Origin: an uncultured Actinomycetes bacterium
GTDB taxonomy: Bacteria > Actinomycetota > UBA4738 > HRBIN12
NCBI GenBank assembly: GCA_963823255.1
Contig: CAWGKU010000002.1
Location: 52,907-116,906 of the forward strand
DNA: 64,000 nt
Direction: 5' to 3'
Numbering within the stretch: position 1 is the first letter of the stretch; every line of letters begins with the position of its first letter. This document shows positions 1 through 9,411 of this stretch, in pieces. The notes beneath the pieces are model-generated. The model searched no databases and had not been told where the DNA came from. It saw only the letters and a program-made list of their open reading frames with translations. The translations under genes and the position numbers were made by a program.

Positions 1-89
1 GCTCCCCGCGCGAGAGCGCGGCGAGGCGTTCGCGGATCGAGCCTTCGGACATGCCTCCCCCCGACCGGGGGAGATCGCAGCGCCGAAGG

Positions 90-1553
90 CTAGCGCGGAC
101 CGCCCGACGGAACCGTGACCTGGTTCACAGCTGACTCGATGACGGTGTCGTCGTCGACGGGGACCGACACTTCAGACGGACCGACCTCGACCTCGTGCTC
201 GCCGGGGTCGAGCACCGGCAACCAGAACGTGAACCGCGTCCCGCCCTCCTCGGGCGGATCGCCCACCTCGAGCTCGCCGCCGTGCGCGCGCACGAGCCCA
301 CGCGAGATGTACAGGCCGAGCCCCGTCCCCGGCGCCCCCGTCTCGTCGGCCCGGCGGAACCGTTCGAAGATCGCCTCGCGATCCTCCTCCGCGATGCCGC
401 CGCCCGCGTTGCGAACCTCCACCGCCACGCGACGGTCGTCGACGCACGACCGACACCGCGATCGGCGTGCCCTCGGGCGAGTACTTGCGGGCGTTGTCGA
501 GCAGGTTCGTGAGGACGCGGACGATCGCGTCGGCATCGCACACCACCCGAGCGGGGGCGTCGAGCTCGAGCCGCAGCCGCTCCGGTAGTGCTCGATGCTC
601 GCGCTGCGTCCGAGATCAGGTCTCGGGGGTCGACCGGCTCCATCGACAGACGCAGGACCCCGTCCTGGATCCGGGAGACCGTGAGCAGGTCCTCCACCAG
701 CCTGCGTGAGTCGCTCGGCCTGCGTCTCGGCGCCGTCGATCAGCTCGACCCGCATCTCGTCCTCCAGGACCGCGCCGTGTTGCTTGAGCGTGCTCAGGAC
801 CCCGAGGATCGCGGCGAGCGGCGTGCGGAGCTCGTGCGCCGCGACCCCGACGAACTCGGTCCGCGCCAGGTCGACCCTGCGCAGCCGCTCCACCTCCGCG
901 CGCTCCCTGCCGAGCTGTCGCGCCCGGGACTCGGCGATCGCCTCCATCTCGTACCGCCTCTGCCGCTGATCCGCGCGCTGCAACGACAGCACCCCGATCG
1001 CGAACCCCGCGACCAGCAGCAGGGTCGGCCGGTACAGCCTCGACGTCCACAGGACGCCGTTCTCCACCAGGAGCACCATCAGCAGGACGGCGAGCCCGAC
1101 GGCCACGGCGACGGTCTCGATGATGCCGAACCGCAACGCGACCGCCACGATGACGATCAGGAACAGGGTCCAGAACTCGCTGCGACCGCCGCCCGTCGAC
1201 TCGATCCACGCCGTGATCAGGGCGACGTCGATCGCGAGCGTCACGACCCGTCCCCACACCGACGACTCCTCGCCACGAGTGGAGAGCACCAGACACACCA
1301 GCGCGTAGACGAACGCTCCGATCAGGAGGAGCGCTCCCGGCCCCGCGACCCGGCGGACGCCGACCGAGCTCAGGTACAGGACCGTGACGACGGCGAGCAC
1401 GCAGATCCGCAGCAGGGCGATCGTCCGCTTGGTCCGCAGGACGGAGGGGAGCGAACCCGATCCCTCGTCTCCGTCCGGCACGGGCGGTGGGGCCGTCGCG
1501 GTCATCGGTGTCCCTCGGTCAGGCGGAAGCAGGCCGAACCCCGGCCTCGCCAT
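90..1553 (-). CDS. Membrane sensor histidine kinase with multi-TM N-terminus, HisKA and HATPase_c; reading frame broken about three times (near 440, 590, 700)
   Basis: The 487-aa ORF carries TM helices, the H-box HELRTPLAAILG and a G-box GTGLGLYISRGLVRAHGG. Overlapping ORFs 125..697 and 172..546 in the other two frames carry the missing HK segments (LLTVSRIQDGVLRL; N-box LLDNARKYSPEG). Confidence 0.7.
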   Translation of the reverse strand: MARPGFGLLPPDRGTPMTATAPPPVPDGDEGSGSLPSVLRTKRTIALLRICVLAVVTVLYLSSVGVRRVAGPGALLLIGAFVYALVCLVLSTRGEESSVWGRVVTLAIDVALITAWIESTGGGRSEFWTLFLIVIVAVALRFGIIETVAVAVGLAVLLMVLLVENGVLWTSRLYRPTLLLVAGFAIGVLSLQRADQRQRRYEMEAIAESRARQLGRERAEVERLRRVDLARTEFVGVAAHELRTPLAAILGVLSTLKQHGAVLEDEMRVELIDGAETQAERLTQAGGGPAHGLPDPGRGPASVDGAGRPPRPDLGRSASIEHYRSGCGSSSTPPLGWCAMPTRSSASSRTCSTTPASTRPRARRSRCRSCVDDRRVAVEVRNAGGGIAEEDREAIFERFRRADETGAPGTGLGLYISRGLVRAHGGELEVGDPPEEGGTRFTFWLPVLDPGEHEVEVGPSEVSVPVDDDTVIESAVNQVTVPSGGPR

Positions 1554-1602
1554 CTCTATCGGGACGGCTCAGGTGGATGTTGAGCGGCGTGCCTCGGCGT
1601 GC

Positions 1603-4047
1603 CTAGCGCGACGTGACCAGGTTGACCAGGCGCGGCGGCCGGACGATCACGTTGGCGATCTCGCGCCCGTCGAGCGCATGGCGCGCCTTCTGCGAGGCCA
1701 GGGCGAGCTCGCGGCAGGTCTCTTCGTCGGCGTCAGCTGCCACCTCGATCCGGTCGCGGACCTTCCCGTCGACCTGGACCACGAGCGTGACCGTCTCGTC
1801 CCGCGCGAGCGCCTCATCGAACGACGGCCACGATGCCAGGTGCACGCTCGTGGGGTTGCCGAGCACCTCGCGCCAGAGCTCCTCGCTCGCGAACGGCGCG
1901 AGCGGCGCCAGCATGATCACGAGCGCGGTCGCGGCCTCCCGAGCGCCGTCGCCCGCGTCCAGCGCCGAGCGTATCCCGTTCGTCAGCACCTGCAGCTTGC
2001 TGATCGCGACGTTGAACCGGAAGCGTTCCATGTCGTCGGTCACCGCTCGGATCGTCCGGTGGGTCAGGCGCCGGAGCTGCTCGGGGTCCGGGGCGTCGCG
2101 TTCGGACGCCTCCCCGACGGCCGCGAAGACGCGGCCGAGCCACGTCGTCACGCCAGGGCGTTTCTCGGGGTCCGGGGCGATCAGCTTCCAGTCGATGTCG
2201 TCCTCGAACGGCCCCGCGAACAGGATGTTCAGGCGTATCGAGTCGGCGCCCCAGCGCTCGACGAGCGGCATCGGCTCCACGATGTTGCCCTTGGACTTGC
2301 TCATCGACGCGCCGCCGAAGATCACCTGCCCCTGGTTCATCATCCGCTTCATCGGCTCGGTGAAGCCCACCATCCCCATGTCGAACAGCACCTTGGTGAA
2401 GAAGCGGCAGTAGAGCAGGTGCAAGATCGCGTGCTCGACACCGCCGATGTATTGGTCGACGGGCATCCACCGCTCGACGGCGGCCGGGTCGAACGGCCCC
2501 GACGCCTCGTGCGGCGAGCAGTAGCGGTAGTAGTACCAAGCGGAATCGACGAACGTGTCCATCGTGTCGGTGTCGCGCTTGGCCGGCTCACCGCAGACCG
2601 GGCAGACGGTGTTCACGAACCCCTCGTGCCGCGCGAGCGGCGATTCGCCGCCGGGCCGGAAGTCCACGTCGTCGGGGAGCAGCACCGGGAGCTGGTCGTC
2701 GGGGACGGCCACCTCGCCGTGCTCGGGACAGTGCACGATCGGGATCGGGGCACCCCAGTACCGCTGGCGGCTGATCAGCCAGTCGCGGAGCCGGAAGGTG
2801 ACCGCTCCGTCTCCCTTGCCCTGCTCCTCGAGCCAGTCGATCACCCGTCCGATGGACTCCGGCGACCGCACGCCGTCGAACGGTCCCGAGTTCACCATCA
2901 CGCCGTCGTGATCGTGGGCCTCCGTCATCGTCGCCGGGTCGCGCGGCTCGCCCTCGGGCTGGACCACCACCCGGATCGGCAGGTCGTGGGCGCGCGCGAA
3001 CTCGAAGTCGCGCTGGTCGTGGGCCGGCACCCCCATCACGGCGCCGGTGCCGTACTCCATCAACACGTACGGCGCGACGAAGACGGGGATCTGCTCGCCG
3101 TTCACGGGGTTCACCGCGTGGACGCCCAAGGGGATCCCCTCGCGGGTGTCCGCCTCCTCGCGGCTGGTCAGCGGGGTCGTCCGCAAGGTCTCGAGCACCG
3201 CCTCGATCTCCGGCTTCGCACCCCCGGCCTCGACGAGCTTGGAGACCAGCGGGTGCTCGGGCGCGAACACGAAGAACGTGACCCCCCACAGCGTGTCGGG
3301 GCGGGTCGTGAAGACCTCGACGGCGTCGCCGGTCTCGGCGATCTCGAACGTGACGCTCGCGCCCTCCGAACGCCCGATCCAGTTGCGCTGCATCGTGATC
3401 ACGCGTTCCGGCCACTCGAGCGACTCCATGTCGTCGAGCAGTCGTTGCGCGTAGTCGGTGATCTTGAAGAACCACTGCGTGAGGTCCCTGCGCACGACGG
3501 GGGTGCCGCACCGCTCGCAGGCGCCGTTGACCACCTGTTCGTTCGCCAGCACGGTCTGGTCCTTGGGGCACCAGTTGGTTGGCGCGTTCTTGCGGTACGC
3601 GAGACCGCGTTCGAACAGTCGCAGGAAGAACCACTGGGTCCACCCGTAGTACTCGGGGTCGCAGGTGTTCAGCCGGCGCGTCCAGTCGAACGACATCCCC
3701 AACCGGCGGTACGACCGCGCCTGCTGCTCGATGTTCGCGTACGTCCACTCCTTCGGGTGGATCCCGCGTTTGATCGCGGCGTTCTCCGCCGGGAGACCGA
3801 ACGCGTCCCACCCGATCGGATGGAGCACGTTGTAGCCGCGCAGGGTCGCGAACCGGGCCACCGCGTCCCCGCCGCTGAACGCCTCGGCATGCCCCATGTG
3901 GAGGTCGCCCGAGGGGTAGGAGAACATGTCGAGCGCGTAGAACCGTGGCCGGGGGTCCGCGGGATCCTCGGAGGCCCGGTACAGGCCCTCGGCCTCCCAG
4001 CGTTCGACCCACTTCGGCTCGATCTCGGACGGGTCGTAGCGGCGCAT
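1603..4047 (-). CDS. leuS: Leucyl-tRNA synthetase
   Basis: 814 aa with the class I HMGH motif (DLHMGHAEAF), KMSKSKGN, and a LeuS-like editing/anticodon region. Confidence 0.95.
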   Translation of the reverse strand: MRRYDPSEIEPKWVERWEAEGLYRASEDPADPRPRFYALDMFSYPSGDLHMGHAEAFSGGDAVARFATLRGYNVLHPIGWDAFGLPAENAAIKRGIHPKEWTYANIEQQARSYRRLGMSFDWTRRLNTCDPEYYGWTQWFFLRLFERGLAYRKNAPTNWCPKDQTVLANEQVVNGACERCGTPVVRRDLTQWFFKITDYAQRLLDDMESLEWPERVITMQRNWIGRSEGASVTFEIAETGDAVEVFTTRPDTLWGVTFFVFAPEHPLVSKLVEAGGAKPEIEAVLETLRTTPLTSREEADTREGIPLGVHAVNPVNGEQIPVFVAPYVLMEYGTGAVMGVPAHDQRDFEFARAHDLPIRVVVQPEGEPRDPATMTEAHDHDGVMVNSGPFDGVRSPESIGRVIDWLEEQGKGDGAVTFRLRDWLISRQRYWGAPIPIVHCPEHGEVAVPDDQLPVLLPDDVDFRPGGESPLARHEGFVNTVCPVCGEPAKRDTDTMDTFVDSAWYYYRYCSPHEASGPFDPAAVERWMPVDQYIGGVEHAILHLLYCRFFTKVLFDMGMVGFTEPMKRMMNQGQVIFGGASMSKSKGNIVEPMPLVERWGADSIRLNILFAGPFEDDIDWKLIAPDPEKRPGVTTWLGRVFAAVGEASERDAPDPEQLRRLTHRTIRAVTDDMERFRFNVAISKLQVLTNGIRSALDAGDGAREAATALVIMLAPLAPFASEELWREVLGNPTSVHLASWPSFDEALARDETVTLVVQVDGKVRDRIEVAADADEETCRELALASQKARHALDGREIANVIVRPPRLVNLVTSR

Positions 4048-4098
4048 GGGGTTGATGCTACCGAACCGACCCCGCCGGATCGGTGAACGTCGACCCGG

Positions 4099-4875
4099 TC
4101 AGCGGTCCTCGAGCTTGTCCAACGTGTTGGCGAGGCGCTTGCGCTCGAGCGAGACGCCCCGCAGCTCGGCCTCGGCGGCTCGGAGCCGGTCCTTGGCCTC
4201 CGAACGCTTCCGGTCCAGCTCCGCGATCGCGTTGCGTTCGCGTTCGACGGCGGCCGCCGCCCGCCGCTCCCGGGTCTCGGCCGCCGCGAGCTCGCGCTTC
4301 AGCCTGCCCGCGTCGGGCTTGGGCTTGGAGGGTTCGGGCGGCGCCGCGGGACGGGAGGGCCCGCCCTCGAGCACCCGGAGCCCGGCGCCCGCGAACGTGG
4401 CAGGCGGCCGGACGGGCTTAGTGAGCCGGCCGGCGCGGACGAGCTCGGCCGTCTCCTCGTCGACGGTCGCGGCCTCCAGGGTCCCGGCGATCGCGTCGGT
4501 GGTCGCCCCGGTCGCGCCGCCGGCCCGCGCCAGGATCGCCCCCGCCTTGCGGGTGAGCTCGTTCACCATCTGGCGACGCTCCTCGGTCGCCGCGCGGAAC
4601 GGTTCGACGTCCCGGCCCGACACCGCACGCCGATGGGCCGACCGCAGCTCCTCCCCCAGCTCGATCAACGCGTTGACGCCTTCCGGATCCTCGCGGGCGA
4701 GCGCGTTCACCGCCCACGCCGCGACCACCGGCTTGCGGAGGGCCTTCACCCGCGCCGCGTCGTCGCGATCGCCGCCCCCGGCGAGCTCCTTCACCAGCGC
4801 GTCGCGTTCTGGCGTGAAGCGTTCGAGCGGAAACGCGTACAGGTCGTCGATCCGCTGCTCGAGTTCGTCGGCCAT
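4099..4875 (-). CDS. Hypothetical protein, predicted coiled coil, Ala/Arg/Glu-rich C-terminus
   Basis: 258-aa ORF. Composition is non-random in the N-terminal half. No recognisable catalytic motifs. Confidence 0.45.
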   Translation of the reverse strand: MADELEQRIDDLYAFPLERFTPERDALVKELAGGGDRDDAARVKALRKPVVAAWAVNALAREDPEGVNALIELGEELRSAHRRAVSGRDVEPFRAATEERRQMVNELTRKAGAILARAGGATGATTDAIAGTLEAATVDEETAELVRAGRLTKPVRPPATFAGAGLRVLEGGPSRPAAPPEPSKPKPDAGRLKRELAAAETRERRAAAAVERERNAIAELDRKRSEAKDRLRAAEAELRGVSLERKRLANTLDKLEDR

Positions 4876-4887
4876 GCGTCCAACCTC

Positions 4888-5430
4888 TCACCCCGAGGTC
4901 GCGGACGCCACCTCCGGGAAGCTCCGTTCGTACCAGGCGACGTCCCAGTATCGCCCGAACTTGCGCCCCTGCTCCGTGTAGTAGCCGACTCGGCGGAACC
5001 CGAACCGCTCGTGCAGGCGCACGGACACCGGGTTCGGCATCCCGATCCCGGCGTACGCGCGGTGGACGTCCTCGCGCTCGAGCTCCGACAGGAGCGCCTC
5101 GTACAGGGCCGAACCCAGTCCCTGCCCCACGTGGCTCGGCGCGACGTAGACGCTCGTCTCGACCGAGGGCGCGTAGGCGGCCCTCGGTCGGTAGGGCAGG
5201 CTCGCGGTGTACGCCACCGCCCTGCCGTCGTCGCGAGCGACCAGCAGCCGATGACGCCCCGACGTGTCGAACATGGAGAACCACTGGCGGCGCACGTCGG
5301 CGCTCGGTACCTCGAGGTCGAAGCTGATCGCCGACGTCCGGACGTAGTGCCCGTAGATCTCAGAGATCGCCTCGAGGTCCTCGAGCGAGCCGGACGCTAT
5401 CGCGACGTCCGAGGCGGTCATGGCGTCCAT
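4888..5430 (-). CDS. GNAT family N-acetyltransferase (phosphinothricin-acetyltransferase-like)
   Basis: C-terminal 180 aa of ORF 4888..5994. Has a GNAT motif (VAPSHVGQGLGSALYEALL) and an ATG at 5430. Confidence 0.7.
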   Translation of the reverse strand: MDAMTASDVAIASGSLEDLEAISEIYGHYVRTSAISFDLEVPSADVRRQWFSMFDTSGRHRLLVARDDGRAVAYTASLPYRPRAAYAPSVETSVYVAPSHVGQGLGSALYEALLSELEREDVHRAYAGIGMPNPVSVRLHERFGFRRVGYYTEQGRKFGRYWDVAWYERSFPEVASATSG

Positions 5431-5497
5431 CTTCCCGAACGACCGCGCGAACGTGGTTACGCGTGCGTTACGCCTGCGTGACAGCCCGTCAGGGCGA

Positions 5498-5964
5498 TCA
5501 GCGCGCCGCGAGCTCCCGCAGGTAGTCGTCGAGGCGGTCCCAGGTCTCGGCGGCACCTTCCTCCATCCCGGTCTCGAGGAGGGCGTCGCGCTGCTCGACC
5601 GTGTCGAACTCCGCCGTGCTGGTGAGCGTCGTCTTGCCGTCGTGCTCCTCGAACTCGTAGGTCTCGGGCCCCGGTTCGCCCTGCATGCCCTCGAACCCGA
5701 ACGTCCACACGAACCGCTCGGGGCGGAGGATCTCGCGGTACTCGCCGAAGAACGCGGGGGTCGAGTACTCCCCCCTTCGGGACCCTGGTGCACGATCCGC
5801 CAGGTGCCGCCCGGGCGGAAGTCGATCTCGCACGTCACGACCTCGTACTTGCGGGGTCCCCACCAGTTGGACATGTGCTCGCACGAGCTGTGCGCATCGA
5901 ACACGAGCTCGCGCGGCGCGTCGAAGACCCGGGTCATCACGATCTTCCGTCCCGGCGTCTCCAT
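5498..5964 (-). CDS. SRPBCC/AHSA1 (activator of Hsp90 ATPase homolog-like) domain protein; one frameshift near 5770 in a G-homopolymer
   Basis: N-terminal part METPGRKIVMTRVFDAPRELVF...WRIVHQGPEGG is in one frame. The C-terminal part EYSTPAFFGEYREILRPERFVWTFGFEGMQGE... is in ORF 5498..5884. Confidence 0.65.
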
Positions 5965-5998
5965 CGTGTGCTTGTAGCTACCGTTCCCGCCCATCGCC

Positions 5999-6361
5999 CT
6001 ACTCCTTCCTCGCTCCGTGTCCTCGGCCTCGTCCCTGGAGCTCGTCCAGGTACTCGTCCAGTCGGTCGTAGCGCTCGTCCCAGAACCGGCGGTACCGGTC
6101 GGTCCACGCGGCGACCTCCTTGAGCGGCGCCGCTCGCAGCCGCGCCGGCCGCCACTGGCGCTCCCTCCCCCGCGAGATGAGCCCCGCGTGCTCGAGCACC
6201 TTGAGGTGCTTCGACACGGCGGGCAGGCTCATCTCGAAGGGTTCCGCGAGCTCCGTGACCGAGGCCTCTCCCTTCGCCAAGCGCGCGAGGATCGCTCGCC
6301 GGGTCGGGTCGGCGAGGGCTCCGAACGTCCGGTCGAGTCGCTCCGCCGTCGTCGTCGTCAT
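5999..6361 (-). CDS. ArsR/SmtB family transcriptional regulator
   Basis: 120 aa with an ArsR-type HTH (LADPTRRAILARLAKGEASVTELAEPFEMSLPAVSKHLKVLEHAGLI). Sits upstream of the SRPBCC/GNAT genes. Confidence 0.8.
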   Translation of the reverse strand: MTTTTAERLDRTFGALADPTRRAILARLAKGEASVTELAEPFEMSLPAVSKHLKVLEHAGLISRGRERQWRPARLRAAPLKEVAAWTDRYRRFWDERYDRLDEYLDELQGRGRGHGARKE

Positions 6362-6525
6362 TCAACCTCCCGGTTACTGAACTGAACGGTAAATTACCTC
6401 GGCGCTCTGCGCCGCGTCAAGTGCCAGATCCGGCACGGATGGCGTTACGGAGCCGCGTGCCGATCGCTGCCGGGCCCTGGGGTCTCCGGTGCGAGGTCAA
6501 GCAGGTGGCGAAGCGCTGATCCGGT

Positions 6526-7146
6526 TCACGCAGGGACTTGCTGGCCGAAGTCTGCGCACTGCGCCGGGTTCTCGATCGTAGGGTCGATGTTGGCCAGACA
6601 GTCCCAGCTCGAGGGGATCGTCGCGGGCGGCGAGCCGATCACGATCGCGATCTCCTCGCCCTTCTTCAGGACGATGGTCGAGATCGGTTGGGTGTACCTC
6701 GTGCCGTCCACGTAGGCCTCGAGCTTCGTGCCGGGGCTGCAGTAACCACCGATGCAGTCGTTCGTCAGCCGCACGCCCCACTCCGTGAACAGCATCGCGA
6801 CGGTGAAGTCCTGCTCCTCCGGCGCCTCGATGTGGATCAGCCCGCTGGTGGCATGCGTGTGGAGCGGCGAGAACAGGCTCTGGTCCTCCCGCCCGATGCT
6901 CGAGGCGACGGGCTCGGACTTCCCGTCCACGAAGATGTCGACGTGCGAGTGGTAGTGCACGGTCAGCGACTCGGTCGACGAGGAGGGCAGCCCCGCGGCG
7001 TCGATGCGCTCCGCGACGTTGTCGGGGTTCGGCCAGGGAGCCGGCCCGGTGTCGAGCGTGAGGTCCGAGCCGCCCGAGTCCGATCCGCCGCAGGCAGCGG
7101 CGAGCAGGGCCAGCGCGAGCACGATGAACGAGGAACGCAGACGCAT
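6526..7146 (-). CDS. Secreted lipoprotein of unknown function
   Basis: Signal peptide with a lipobox (LLAAACGG). 206 aa. Confidence 0.55.
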   Translation of the reverse strand: MRLRSSFIVLALALLAAACGGSDSGGSDLTLDTGPAPWPNPDNVAERIDAAGLPSSSTESLTVHYHSHVDIFVDGKSEPVASSIGREDQSLFSPLHTHATSGLIHIEAPEEQDFTVAMLFTEWGVRLTNDCIGGYCSPGTKLEAYVDGTRYTQPISTIVLKKGEEIAIVIGSPPATIPSSWDCLANIDPTIENPAQCADFGQQVPA

Positions 7147-7345
7147 CCCGGCGATTCTACGAGTCCCGCGACACGCTTCGGGTCGCTGAGGAGAGCTGCC
7201 GGCGGCTCCGGGTCAGCCAGGAGGCTGCACGCCCCACGGCGAGCCGGTCGTTGAGAATGTGTAAGGGTCGCAGGGTCCAACTTGCGCCCTGGGAACGATG
7301 GACGGTAAGAATGCATCCCTTCCTTAACGAAAGAGGCGACCGGGC

Positions 7346-7564
7346 GTGGCCCAAGAACGGATCAGTCCGCTGGAAGAGTCGATCAGGGACCCGTTGCCGA
7401 GACTCAAGGAGCAGCTGATCGAGGAGTTCGAGGGACAGCGCGAGGACTTGATCGACCAGGCTGCCAAGCACTCGCTCGAGAGATACAAGAGTGCGAAGGT
7501 GCGAGAGTTCGTCCCGATCTTCGCCTGGCGACACGCTCGAAGGCACCTCCGCGGCGCCTCCTGA
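7346..7564 (+). CDS. Small hypothetical protein (72 aa), helical, acidic
   Basis: GTG start, with the RBS gaaagagg 7 nt upstream. GC3-rich codon usage on this strand. Lies in the low-GC block. Confidence 0.4.
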   Translation: MAQERISPLEESIRDPLPRLKEQLIEEFEGQREDLIDQAAKHSLERYKSAKVREFVPIFAWRHARRHLRGAS

Positions 7565-7597
7565 CCCTCATCGGGTGAGCTGCTTCGCCAACGCTCC

Positions 7598-7885
7598 CTA
7601 CGCGGGCGAAACGGTTGTCGCGCTCCGAAGCCTCGACATCTTCGAGAGGGCGTCGGCAACGATCGGACCACTCCGCGGAACGCCGTGTGAGCTCGTGATG
7701 TCACGCAGTGGGACCCTGACGAGCACTCCGTCACGCGTGAGCACCATGTACGTCTGCGCCTCGTCGTCGAAGTAGGCGAGCTGGCCCACGACGGTCCGAG
7801 CGTATCCACCGGGCGACTCGACCTCGAACGAGCGCTCGAGGGATCGAGACTCGGCTACGGTGCGAACCGTATCCACGGTGGTCAT
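7598..7885 (-). CDS. Small hypothetical protein (95 aa, MTTVDTVRTV...); downstream member of a coupled paralogue pair
   Basis: ATG at 7885 overlaps the TGA of the upstream gene (ATGA). The body contains YFDDEAQTYMVLTRDGVLVRVPLRDI. Confidence 0.4.
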   Translation of the reverse strand: MTTVDTVRTVAESRSLERSFEVESPGGYARTVVGQLAYFDDEAQTYMVLTRDGVLVRVPLRDITSSHGVPRSGPIVADALSKMSRLRSATTVSPA

Positions 7886-8082
7886 GCTGCTTCGCTCCAG
7901 AGGGACTGCCCACGTCCCATCGCCAGCCGATCCCATTGGGTGCTGCGGGATCCGTCCTGGAACGATCGCTCAGACGATGGGATCTCGGAACCGTCGTCCC
8001 ACGAGGGATCCAACGGGGACACCGGCCTAACTGGCGATCTCTCTGGGGCTTCGATGCGGACCGTGTCCATGAGGGTGGTCAT
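7882..8082 (-). CDS. Small hypothetical protein (66 aa, MTTLMDTVRIEAPERSP...); upstream member of the pair
   Basis: RBS gaggagg 5 nt before the ATG. Its N-terminus MTTLMDTVR is shared with the downstream gene (MTTVDTVR). Confidence 0.35.
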   Translation of the reverse strand: MTTLMDTVRIEAPERSPVRPVSPLDPSWDDGSEIPSSERSFQDGSRSTQWDRLAMGRGQSLWSEAA

Positions 8083-8275
8083 CGTGCCTCCTCGGTTCGA
8101 GGGGCTGCCCACGGCCTCTTCGCAAACGGTCCCAATGGATGGGTACTTCCCACCATTCTCTCACTTCGGGTGATGGGCACGACGGCCTGTGAATGCACCG
8201 CGAGCCCGCGCCGCCACCGCGAGCCGGGTAGTGTGACGATCGCAGGACCGGAGCCGAGCCGAGCGAGCGTGCGGG

Positions 8276-8533
8276 ATGCAGCCTGACCCACCACAAAGCG
8301 AACCTCGGAAGAAGCCTCTGAGCGGCATCGCCCGCGTCGCGATCGTCGTCGTCATCCTCGTCATCGCTGCCACCGTGATCGCACTCGTCATCTCAAGGGA
8401 CGACTCGGCTCCCACGACGACGGGGCCAACATCAACGGGGACGTCATCGGGCCCAACCTCGACGGGCCCTATCCAGTCGGGACCAACCTCATCGGGGCCA
8501 ACTTCGACTGGGCCAACCTCGATCGGGACCTAG
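8276..8533 (+). CDS. Small membrane-anchored protein with an extracytoplasmic GPTSTG repeat tail
   Basis: TM helix IARVAIVVVILVIAATVIALVI followed by six Gly-Pro-Thr-Ser-rich repeats. These are encoded by an 18-bp tandem DNA repeat. Confidence 0.45.
   Translation: MQPDPPQSEPRKKPLSGIARVAIVVVILVIAATVIALVISRDDSAPTTTGPTSTGTSSGPTSTGPIQSGPTSSGPTSTGPTSIGT
8423..8530 (+). repeat. Imperfect 18-bp tandem repeat (about six units) encoding the GPTSTG motif
   Basis: Recurring gggcccaacctcgacg-like units are visible in the sequence. Confidence 0.55.
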
Positions 8534-8809
8534 TCGAGAACGAGTGAACGCCGAACGTCCGGCGCGCCCAGAGATAGCCTCGGGGCCCACCGATCGGCTG
8601 GAGCTGGAAGCGGGGTTGCCGGCGCTGCTGGTGCCTAGAGCCGAGTGAAGCCGCGGAACTCGGTGGGTCCGACTGGACAGCCGCACCTTCCCGTTGCGAG
8701 CTCGTGAAGAATCGGGCGCGAGGGTGGCGGCGATACGCGTTCGCGGCGTACAAAGTGTGTCTCGGGACTGCTCAGGCGCAGACCCAATTCGCCGTAAGGG
8801 AGAGGGAAC

Positions 8810-8998
8810 GTGAAGAAGGCACTCGCGGTCGCTCTCATCGTCGGGTTCCTGCTGGTGGACTTCCTCTTCTTCCACGACATCTTCAAGGCTGGAGAGGCCG
8901 TGACGTTCGCGCAGTACCTCACCGGAGTGCTCAGCATCCCCGTGCTCGTCGTCTCCGCGCTCTTCCTCTTGCGAGGCACCCACGACGTACAGAAGTAG
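8810..8998 (+). CDS. Mini-membrane protein (62 aa, two predicted TM helices)
   Basis: MKKALAVALIVGFLLVDFLFF...VLSIPVLVVSALFLL. Preceded by the RBS agggagaggg. Confidence 0.45.
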   Translation: MKKALAVALIVGFLLVDFLFFHDIFKAGEAVTFAQYLTGVLSIPVLVVSALFLLRGTHDVQK

Positions 8999-9127
8999 TT
9001 CCGGGTCCAACCGAGCAGGCCCTTCGTCGTTCCCGGGTGCTTCGACGACGACCCCAAGCACCACGGCCCCGAACGGTCTCCAAACCACGATCTGCCGGAG
9101 TCACTTGTTGGATGAGCCATCCGACCT

Positions 9128-9176
9128 GCGTTTCTCTGTGGACCCAAGGGGATTCGAACCCCTGACCTTCTGGCTG
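9128..9176 (-). repeat. Displaced 3' half of tRNA-Ala (49-bp perfect direct repeat of 16209..16257); putative attR of an integrated element
   Basis: Identical to the intact tRNA-Ala from the anticodon stem to the 3' end. The 5' half of the tRNA is absent here. Confidence 0.85.
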
Positions 9177-9411
9177 CCAGCCAGACAGGGCTAAACGGTG
9201 TGCTGACCAGCGGAAAACGCAGGTCAGGAGCGAGCGGAACGGCCGATGTTATTCGCTGAGGAACTCGAGTCGGTCCCGCGTCACGAGCGCCTGGAGGATC
9301 GCGGCGAACTCGGGATCGGCGTCCTGCTCGTCGACCGAGGGAGTGGGCGGAGAAGGTCCGAGCGTGGGCGAAGGCGTGGCGAGCGGCGCGTCCCTGGCGC
9401 TAATAGGGTAG

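Noticed and set aside
1384-4086. 900-aa plus-strand ORF, with similar very long ORFs at 12931..14079, 14399..16300, 16403..17783, 18428..20536 (5' part), 20819..22978, 37219..40731, 26815..28446 and elsewhere
   Set aside because: They are antisense to well-supported genes (leuS, the TIG protein, SulP, obg, rne, valS/clpX, PBP2). Their products are Arg/Pro/Gly-rich and of low complexity. These are typical stop-codon-poor shadow ORFs in roughly 70% GC DNA.
4888-5994. Single 368-aa chimeric ORF
   Set aside because: It is a read-through of two genes in one frame. The SRPBCC N-terminus and the GNAT gene are joined by out-of-frame sequence. The true SRPBCC C-terminus is in ORF 5498..5884.
6362-6420. 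ArsR operator palindrome upstream of arsR
   Set aside because: Only a weak 5-bp inverted repeat (ggtaa-a-ttacc) and a tgaac tgaac direct repeat were found. This is too short to call with confidence.
8423-8530. CRISPR-like array
   Set aside because: The repeats are contiguous 18-bp units with no spacers. They lie in frame within a coding sequence, where they encode the GPTSTG peptide repeat. No other CRISPR-like arrays were seen in the window.
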